A DNA stretch of 63,987 nt, the filler included, from Cirrosporium novae-zelandiae (Eukaryota): NCBI GenBank assembly GCA_026023565.1. It is 4 parts of 4 records of this genome, joined end to end, with 100 filler letters (N's around TTAATTAATTAA, not from the genome) between each part and the next. Parts side by side here need not be neighbours in the genome. Positions count along the whole stretch, not along the records: positions 48,957 to 60,290 come from JAPETS010000091.1; positions 60,391 to 63,987 come from JAPETS010000098.1; 2 more parts are not named here. One strand, given 5' to 3'. Of the stretch, positions 55,534-63,987 are shown piece by piece; position 1 is the stretch's first letter; each line of letters opens with the position of its first letter. A model generated the notes under the pieces. It ran no database searches, was not told the DNA's origin, and worked only from the letters and a program-made list of their open reading frames with translations. Both the position numbers and the translations under genes were made by a program.

Positions 55534-57483
55534 ATGCGTCCTATTTTTTCTAGATTTCTCGGTATACATCACGTTAATCACAACATGCAGAATCTTATAA
55601 GATCAGTTCACCACCAAACTTCGCAACCTATTTTCCGAAAAATTACAGATGATGGGTCAGGTATATATAATCGGTTTTGGACCAAACTACGCTATTAAGC
55701 TTACTTGCATTATAGAACAAGAAATCGAAGAAGAAAGCCTTTATCGCTATACGCGTTATCGATGGCTGTCCGTATATTATGTTCCGTGTCATAAGCAGAT
55801 TTACTGAATATTTATCAGAGCAAATGAAGATAAAAAGCTTTCTATACGATACCGTAAATTTAATCCATTCAGTCTCATGGATAGTATTGTCAAAATAGCC
55901 GGCGAAGGAGCCCAATCATGTGTGTTTCATTCTGATTTTTTATATATCTTGTCCCTTGCTACTGACATACTCGGAAATAGGCGTGAAAATGACGAAATGT
56001 CTCGAAGGCCAGTTCAACAAAGTATTTACCTTAACTTTAGACAATGGTAAAGAGTTTGTTGCGAAAATTCCAAATCCTAATGCTGGCCCTGAATTCTACA
56101 CTATCGCATCAGAAATTGCTACGCGTCATTTTGTGCGTATTATATCTTATATTGTGCTTTTATGAGTATCAATAATTGACAAAATCAAGCTACGGGAGGT
56201 GTTAAATATCCCAATTCCTCATATTTACGCCTCATCTTCTAACTCGACGAATTCCATTGGCACCGAATATATTATCGAAGAGAAAGCTATCGGCAAACCG
56301 CTTGGCAGTATATGGTATCAATGGTCAGAAGAGGAGCAAATGCATATAGTCCAACAGATCGTGGAAATGGAAAATAAATTAGCATCCATCCCGTTCCGGA
56401 AACATGGTTGTATATATTACAAAAAGGACTTAGAGTCTAAAGGCCTCATAGTTGAGAACCTCAAAGCGGATATCGTCGTGGTAAACGATTTTTCAGCCAA
56501 ACATGGTCCGTTACTGGAACAACTTGTTATAGGCCCACTGACCGAAAGAAGACTTTGGGAAGAAAAAAGAAAGGAAATAAGTTTAGATCGAGGTCCATGT
56601 AAGTTTACCGATCAGACAGAAAAACAAATCTAATACCAAATCAGGGAATAATCCCCTTGAATATATCGAAGCAATGGGAAGTAATGAAATACAATGGACC
56701 AAATGCTATGCTCAACCACGAACGAATTCAATGGAAAATCCTGAAAGCCCAGATGAATATTTATCGTTATTAGAACGGTATTTGAGGCTTACACCATATT
56801 TGGTTCCTACTTCAGCGAAAAATTCTCATTTGAAAACGTTGTCACATCCAGATCTACATCTTGATAACATCTTCGTTGATCCAGTTACTAAGAAAATCAC
56901 TGCCATCATCGATTGGCAGTCGACAGCGATAAAAGATATCTTTTTACAGTGCAATACTCCACCAATGTTTCAACTTCCAGAATATGCAATATCTGCTCCT
57001 ATACCGGATACCGAATCAAGTCTGCGCAAACCTCTTCTTGCGTACGAGCAGCTCTCGAGAATTAGTAATCCTGAACGTTGGATCGCATTGCATGAGGACC
57101 ACCTTCGGATCCGGACAAAACCAATTTCTATGGTGATTGGTGCTTGGGAAAATAATGATCTGTTTTCATTCAGACATTCTTTAATAGAAGTTATTGCACA
57201 TTGGTCAGATTTGGTAAGAGCTCCGATTAAATGCCCTATAAGTTTTACGGAAGAGGAACTGGAGCTCCATGGAAGTGAGCTGGAACTTATGGAAGGCCTA
57301 TCACATATCATGCATCAGCTTCAAGATGTGAACATGATCCCTTTGGGTGGCATGGTACCAAGAACCAATTACGAACAAGCAAAAAATTGGAACAGATATT
57401 TCAAAGAAATGTTTATTAATCTTGGGGAAGGTAAGGAGCAAAGGGCTTTACATGCCAAGGTCTGGCCGTACCAGGATTTATGA
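55534..57483 (+). CDS. APH/choline-kinase-like phosphotransferase (AIM9-like family), multi-exon
   Basis: YRYTRYRWL, EGQFNKVF, VAKIPNPNAG, ASEIAT, HPDLHLDNIF (Brenner motif), IIDWQ, WPY C-terminus. Confidence 0.88.
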
Positions 57484-57726
57484 TTTCTTTAAAAGGATTT
57501 AGCATACTGAAATATATTGAAGTATAAATATTTGTCTGATCTCTGTTGTATCTAAATATCGATCAATGTCCTACAGTGTTTTCGGGAGGCTTGTTACTTG
57601 TATCGTTTATTTGTAGAAGGACTGGATAGGGTTCAAGGTAGCAGAGCACCTCTTATCACCCTGGAAGGGTATAAACGAAAGTTCCATTACTGGAACGGTC
57701 AGCCTAGATGACGAGATACTAGTGAA

Positions 57727-58105
57727 CAGCGTTGTCGATGGACCAGACTAAATAGACCTTAGACCGACCAGACCAAGCTTTTGGATAGACCAGACCGACC
57801 AGACCGAGCATTTGGATAGACCGACCAGACCTTGATTGCCCAAGGTCTATTTGGTCTATATAAATACGATTTATTAGTAGAGGGATATATTTTTGGGGTT
57901 TGTAGGGGAAATTTGGGGAGTGTCGGAGATCGGTATTTATTTCATGTAGATTAGTAATAAATTTATCTCCACGTGATATCACGTGGAGATAAGATATAGT
58001 GTGGTGGTTCGAGATTTAAAAATTTTTCGTGCGCTCCGCGCAGATTATATTATCCGGGTGTTATGTGACCGACGGTCTGGTCGGTCTGGTCCATCGACAA
58101 CGCTG
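57727..58105. mobile_element. hAT-type MITE, 379 bp
   Basis: 22-bp perfect TIR CAGCGTTGTCGATGGACCAGAC; 8-bp flanks ctagtgaa / ctggtgaa; subterminal GACCAGACC repeats. Confidence 0.9.
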
Positions 58106-58659
58106 CTGGTGAATATAAGTATGACCAACATCCTAATAATTTTAGAAGACAATCCATAGCAATTTCCGTTTTAGCTCGAGTTCATCGATGGTATTATCCC
58201 ATCCCTCCAAGTGCCGATCTATATTTTTGAATTGATATATCTCTTCCTCCCTGATATCCAGTATCATAGTGACCATTTTTGTTTGACTATTTAAGGATTT
58301 AATATAATATTTCAGTCTTTAAGCTATGTTGTTTTTAGGGAGATCGGGGTAGAATGTATAGGACGAAGTGATTGTATTCAATTAACGTAAGGATTAGTAT
58401 TTTATTTGATGATTTATCCTAAGGATGATGGAGTTAGACTAGTATTATTGTGGGGGTTTAAAGTTAAGGCAGAAGATATGGAAATAGGTGGAATTAGATG
58501 ATATGGCATCTAATAATATTTTTTAGTATACCTGATATTTGGAAGATACTTATATTCATTATCAAGGGAAGTAAGACCTTAAGGGCTTTATATTTCTTAA
58601 ATCAGCGATTACTTGCTCTTCTGTACTTTTGCCACAGAGCCAGCAGTCTCATGGCCCAG

Positions 58660-58797
58660 CCGCCCTTTGGGGGAAAAGAAGCCTTAGGAGAGAATAGCGC
58701 TTAGGGGATAAAAAGCCCTGGGGAAAGTGAAGCCTTGAGGAAGAATAGCGCGTAAGGGATAGAAGCCCCTAGGGAAAGTAGGACTTTGGGGGAAGGT
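58660..58797. repeat. Degenerate ~54-bp tandem repeat
   Basis: gaagccttaggagagaatagcgcttaggggataaaagccctggggaaagt repeated about 2.5 times. Confidence 0.7.
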
Positions 58798-58870
58798 ATA
58801 GTTCAAAATCCATGATTGTTTAGGGGCAGTAATTCCTACAAAACCTTGGCATGCCATTCGGATTCTCATT

Positions 58871-58983
58871 TGTGGCTTTCAGCAAGGATTATATGATGTT
58901 CCGGGAAGTTCCGTACCAAGATTAGATAGTATAATTAGCATATTTTTCATAGATAAAATTCTACATCCATACACAAAATAACA
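58871..58983 (+). repeat. ~115-bp dispersed repeat, direct copy 3
   Basis: gcaaggattatatgatgttccgggaagttccgtaccaagattaga...catccatacacaaaataaca. Confidence 0.88.
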
Positions 58984-60290
58984 CAGGCACAGTTGAATCG
59001 AAGTCAGTTCGTGTTTTATAATCACAACACAGTCTTATCACACAGTCTGGAGGCCCTTTCCTTCCCAACCCTTTTGGGCTTCACGCATTTATTCCATGGA
59101 ACTAGCTTCACCCCTTTTGGAAAGCGATGGCTATCTGAATTTCAGATCTGGGAAGAGATAGTATTGAGATTATTGATTTGACTAACTTATTGGAAGATTA
59201 TAAAGACTTTCTGAATTTTATATCAAACCCGATACGCATTCTTATTCGGCTCACTAAAAATTTGTCAGCCAATCCTGAGGCCTGTATGGTATACAACTTC
59301 AGACCCATTCTTATTCCCGAATCAAAAAAATGGCAACGATTGATCCTAAAATTCTGTAATACCAGATATGGTGATGAAGTGATTCAACGTCTCCAAAATA
59401 ATATTAATTTCTATTAAACATTGGTGGATATACAAAATTACTATATACTCTGGCATTACAGCAAAGCTTGCTTTCAAAGGAACTTTTGCATTGTATTGGG
59501 ATTTGAGGAAGGTATAAATTTATATTATGATGATTTAGATACTCTTTACTTAGATAGGACTAGAAAGAAAAAGAGTCTTTAGCAATAGGGTAAAACGCGT
59601 ATGTATTAGAATTACCAGAAGGGGAGACTCACTTACATAAGGGACTATTACGTTCAAGCCTATCCTCCTGTACCTTACTGGGCCACGTAGGGGCTTGAAT
59701 ATTGTTCTAAGGAAGCTAGAGATGATACAAGCATGAGAAAAACATACACACAGTAGCACAGGTCACCTCAACATTCATACGTACTGCATGCACCAGCTCG
59801 CCCAACAGAATAGCTATAAAGGAACCCTTAAAGAGCGGAGCACCCCCGAAACAAGGAGCAGGACCACCGCGGGAGGAATGCACAGAATAAATGACTGATG
59901 CAGTAGCGATAGGAGCAGCATTGCGTATGCGATAATCAAGCTCCTCAGTCAAGTTAAACACGAGCCTTTCTCGCTCATCAACAGGGTCAGCCACGTACTC
60001 CTTACTCCTAGCAATGAGATTGGAGACAGCGCTTGACAACGCAGCAGTGATCTAAAAGAATTGAATTGATCATGAGAAACGCAGGATAAGTGGACGGGAA
60101 AGAGATTCCCCCCCACCACCTGCAGTTCCATACTCCCCACAGGAGGACGGGCGACAAAAGGAGCTCTCACCCTAGTAGACATAGTGAGGTGAGAACTTAA
60201 GGAATGTAAAGCAAGTAACAAGAGGTTCTGGTGCGCGAAACAGGGGAATACGTGAAAGAAATGGTTAAGCAAAGCCAGAAAGCATAAAAT

Positions 60291-60390
60291 NNNNNNNNNN
60301 NNNNNNNNNNNNNNNNNNNNNNNNNNNNNNNNNNTTAATTAATTAANNNNNNNNNNNNNNNNNNNNNNNNNNNNNNNNNNNNNNNNNNNN
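60291..60390. other. Artificial contig-joining spacer
   Basis: N44-TTAATTAATTAA-N44. Confidence 0.97.
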
Positions 60391-61350
60391 GAAAAAAAAA
60401 AGGGGGGGGGGGGGGTAGATATAACCACTTATTGTTAAGGCTGCACATTTAAGTACAGGTGCATACATACATACATAAATAAGTAAAAGCATTTTAGCAA
60501 ATACCTCAGTTCCATTGTCTCCAACACACACTAACATGGTTGCGGCGTGAAAACCATTCAAATCAATTACACAAGTTCGAGAACCCTTGTTTAAAATCGG
60601 AAGGGCAAACACGTTAGTTACTTACGAGCAGGAACAATACAATATGATCTTTTCTCTCACCTATATAGGTTAGGCTTACGTTCCCCCTCCACCCCTCCAC
60701 CCCCTCCCCCTTTGGATCCTGCTTACAATCGGCAATCGTGCTTGCGCGTGATTGGGGGGTTTGATATATTGATTAGTTCGGTTCCGGAGTGTATAACGAA
60801 TCGACACGAGGGGGTTTTTTTTTGAAATAGTGATAATTAGGGGGTTGCGTGGTTGAGTTAGTTATTTGCTTTGGGATCTATAACTCCTTTTTTTATGCTT
60901 TTAAGAGCTTCATGTTTCCTGCTGCTGCTGAAGGCTTTTTGGCTTTGCGTCTTATATTGGACCCTAGAAGTGATAGCGAACTTGGATTATATATGAAGGG
61001 GGATGATTAAGGGATGAGAGAAGTAGAACCTCAACCTCGTAACTTTAGAAATGTTTTGTTTTAGCTAGAATATGTATCATATGTGTAACTCGGGAAGTTA
61101 CATGTTAAAGAACTTTCTAGTTTAGTTCAATTCCCCTACCCCCTAATAGCTGTGTAACCTCCGTAAGAACCTACCCCCGTCTCCTTAATTGTTTCCATAT
61201 AAAAACGCTTATCGTTTAGCAAAGAATCTCCGTTAGCATGTACTGTACAGGTGCCGTTGAATTCTCACCTCCTCCTAACGTCTCTTTTTTTTACCGACCT
61301 ACCGCCACAGATCTAGCAAAAGCCGTAACCATTGATCAGACGACGAAGTC

Positions 61351-61913
61351 ATGTCGACAGCTAGCGAGGACGACACCCATCTTCTACAGGAAAAGTTAAC
61401 CAACCCCATTATCCAACCCTTGCTAGAAGAATTCGGAGCCTGGGTTAAAGACGCAAATTTCGGGCCAGGTGGTGGTGACATTGAAATCTGCAGGGACGAC
61501 GGCTTGAATAAAGCTTTTGAGCCGCTTCGGGATTCACTGGGGCTGTTTAGGAAGGTGAGTATGAGACTATGACGATGAACAAAAGAAGCATGGGTTTTTA
61601 TTTTTATTTTTTCAAGCTAATTAGAATTTATTACTTGTGATAATATATAGTTCGGCAAATGTCCTTTTGGATGGACGGTACTTCGAATCATAGAGCCCTT
61701 CCAAGCCGGTTTTAAACATGAAAACGGGGTCGCCTGTATCATCCCCATAAGAATATGGGGTGGAAATCCAGCCGTACGGGGAGCGGTTGACCCTCAGATC
61801 GCGAGAGGAACAATCAGCCCTCACAAGTTGTTAATCCCGGGCTGGATAACACATATGACTAAAGCGGTCAAAATAACTCCAGGGCTGGACTGTCTCTTTC
61901 TGGTTCAGCTATG
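61351..61913 (+). CDS. Hypothetical protein, about 155 aa, 2 exons
   Basis: Exon 1 MSTASEDD...GLFRK, intron GTGAGT...ATATAG (61555-61650), exon 2 FGKCPFGW...LFLVQL* open for 87 codons; TATAAAA about 150 bp upstream. Confidence 0.6.
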
Positions 61914-63987
61914 AGAGGGCTGGATGAACGGAGATGTGGTTTTGTTATATATACTACTTTGGGGGGGGGGGGGGGTTGGATGTCGCATTTGTTGAGTTAT
62001 CAAAAAGGTGATGGAAGGAATGTGGAAGGGGTCGCATATTCTACTTGCCACAGAGAGAGAGACAAATCTTAGAAGATGGTGGGCATAGCTAGGATATGTA
62101 GTATGTTTTTTGATTCTGGAACAAGAAATGGAAATGGTTGTGATTATCGCCAGGGCCATATATCTACGAGTTTAGGCGTAGGTAATTAGGTATTAAAATT
62201 TTTACACAACTAACACTCAAATCTCAAGCGTGTGTGCACTTACTTACACTAATTAAACTGTAAAATAAAACACCACACCATCATCATCCGTGCGTACAAG
62301 TAACCACCCCCCCCCCCATACGAATTACCTTAATTGTAAGTAAACAACTATTTTTCAATAATTATAGTCTAGTCTATAGGCAATCGAAAATTTGATATAC
62401 TTGATGCTTTAGAAACTCTAGAATTCGTTAAGAACTTTAATTGATTACATTTAGCAGATTAGTGTGTGATCTACTGTCGCTCTTTCGGATAAGAATAATT
62501 TAGAGTTGGTCAACGAGTTGTAGTAGTAGTGTTTTTCACTAGTGTTGATTTTTTTTGGAAGAAACTATGAATGATTTATGCTTTTTTTGAAGAAGAAGAA
62601 GACGAAGAAGAAGAAGAAGAAGAAAAGAAAAGAAAAATTAAAGATTTTTATAATACTAGTTTATTTAGTTAGTGTTAACAAATAAGTCTAACCCTGATTC
62701 AACACTACTTACTATCTACTATGAAATGCAAGGGTAGTAGTAAATTATGTACTTGGATATATACAGTGTTGAAAGATTTTCACAACCTTCCTTCCATTAT
62801 TTACGACCAGACCACCCTAATTAGAAATAATCAGAGTGGGATGAAATATATATAAATCCAAAGAAATTTTTTTATTTGAAAATGGAAAAAAAATAAATTC
62901 GAATACCCTGTAAATATGGAGTCGTTGAGTTGTTGTTGTTGTTGTTGTTTATCTGAACTAGCTTCGAGAAGATTTGCTGTAGCCAATTGGTACATGTACA
63001 TGTATACAATAAAAAAACACTTCCAAAGGCCCCCAGGTCTAGGGAAAATGTTCGTCATCTATCCATGCTGCTAGCATCATGCTAGCTTGGCATCAAAGGA
63101 GATCTCTAGAGCATCATCTGTCCCACAACGGCCAGCGGGGTAAAGCTAGCTTACTATATATGGATAGAGGGTAGAAGAATCTAATCAATGAATCGACTCG
63201 ACTGGCTAGGTTGGATTTACAATACTGGAGCAGCAAAGGTTGGATGGGTGTTCTTAACAAGGATGGGACTGTTCTTTTAAGCTCAATACTAAATCCAATC
63301 TGGTGCTTGATGGACCAAAAAACGTGTGCAGGTATATCCTTGAGACAACTAATTAGATTATCTAGGACCGATTTGATCAGCAGTCCCTCCCGCTTGACTG
63401 ACATGTAACAACAAATAGGCCAGCGGTAAGTCATGTGTACATGTACGATGAGGCTTATGTATTCAGAGAGCATAATCCGACGAAATCATCATGGAAGTTA
63501 CTGTCTAGTTGAACGCTAGGAATCCCAGAACCTATCCGCAGAAATTCCCCCAGCCTCTAACTAACAGGTTTGTACAGACGCTTTTTACCAAATGCAATAG
63601 TATTAAAATACTGAGGTTTCAAATCAACCTAGTAAGCCAAGCGTGGTGATTAGCCTGCCACTGTATGTATATTTGTCCCAACTGCGGCAGATATCCATCC
63701 CCAAGCTCAATAAATGTGTTGACCTTTTCTTCAATATGAACCGGTAATGAACAGCGCTAATCAGGAACACAGATCCCGTTTCTTGGAGGAAAATGCAACT
63801 AGAATGTGAACGAACTTGGCTTTCCAGGTGTGACAATGAAGGAAATCAATATTGGAGCTGACATGTACTCCTCCCTTGGTGATGCACGTAGCCCATCCAA
63901 ACTTCAGTATTTTCTCAAGGAGTATTTCTTGGTTCTCACCACGGATGACAGGAGGGGGGGGGGGGGGGGGGGGGGGGATCCAAAATT

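Noticed and set aside
59550..60290. Overlapping minus-strand ORFs at the end of contig C
   Set aside because: No recognisable motif and truncated by the gap; cannot support a call
62831..63987. Short ORFs near the window end
   Set aside because: Interrupted by stops, no motifs, adjacent to microsatellites and a poly-G run

Overview
Fungal (filamentous ascomycete) sequence made of four pieces joined by identical artificial 100-bp spacers (N44-TTAATTAATTAA-N44). (A) 1-24399 is a chromosome end: (CCCTAA)n telomere, then intron-containing metabolic genes (aldo-keto reductase, MDR dehydrogenase, MFS transporter, M20 amidohydrolase, Zn2Cys6 factor, GH28 endopolygalacturonase, DUF3445 protein, amino-acid permease) and several pseudogenes. 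(B) 24500-48856 is a mitochondrial contig (minus strand, TGA=Trp): trnG, a trnD relic, trnH, trnM, nad2, nad3 with an invading GIY-YIG relic and a displaced nad3 3' copy, two trnN, an 18-kb cox1 with 11 ORF-bearing introns (1 group II, 10 group I, one inferred 3-nt exon) and trnR(CCU). It is littered with GC-rich palindromic elements. Most striking, cox1 has no stop at its normal end and reads on for about 223 codons into a membrane/Gly-Ser-linker/charged helical domain. (C) 48957-60290 is an accessory nuclear contig with orphan genes and an APH-like kinase, interleaved with a ~115-bp repeat (three direct copies, one inverted), a duplicated 40-bp palindrome and a hAT-type MITE. (D) 60391-63987 is mostly low-complexity DNA with one small probable gene. 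All calls were read by eye with no database search, so exon boundaries and family names need confirmation.
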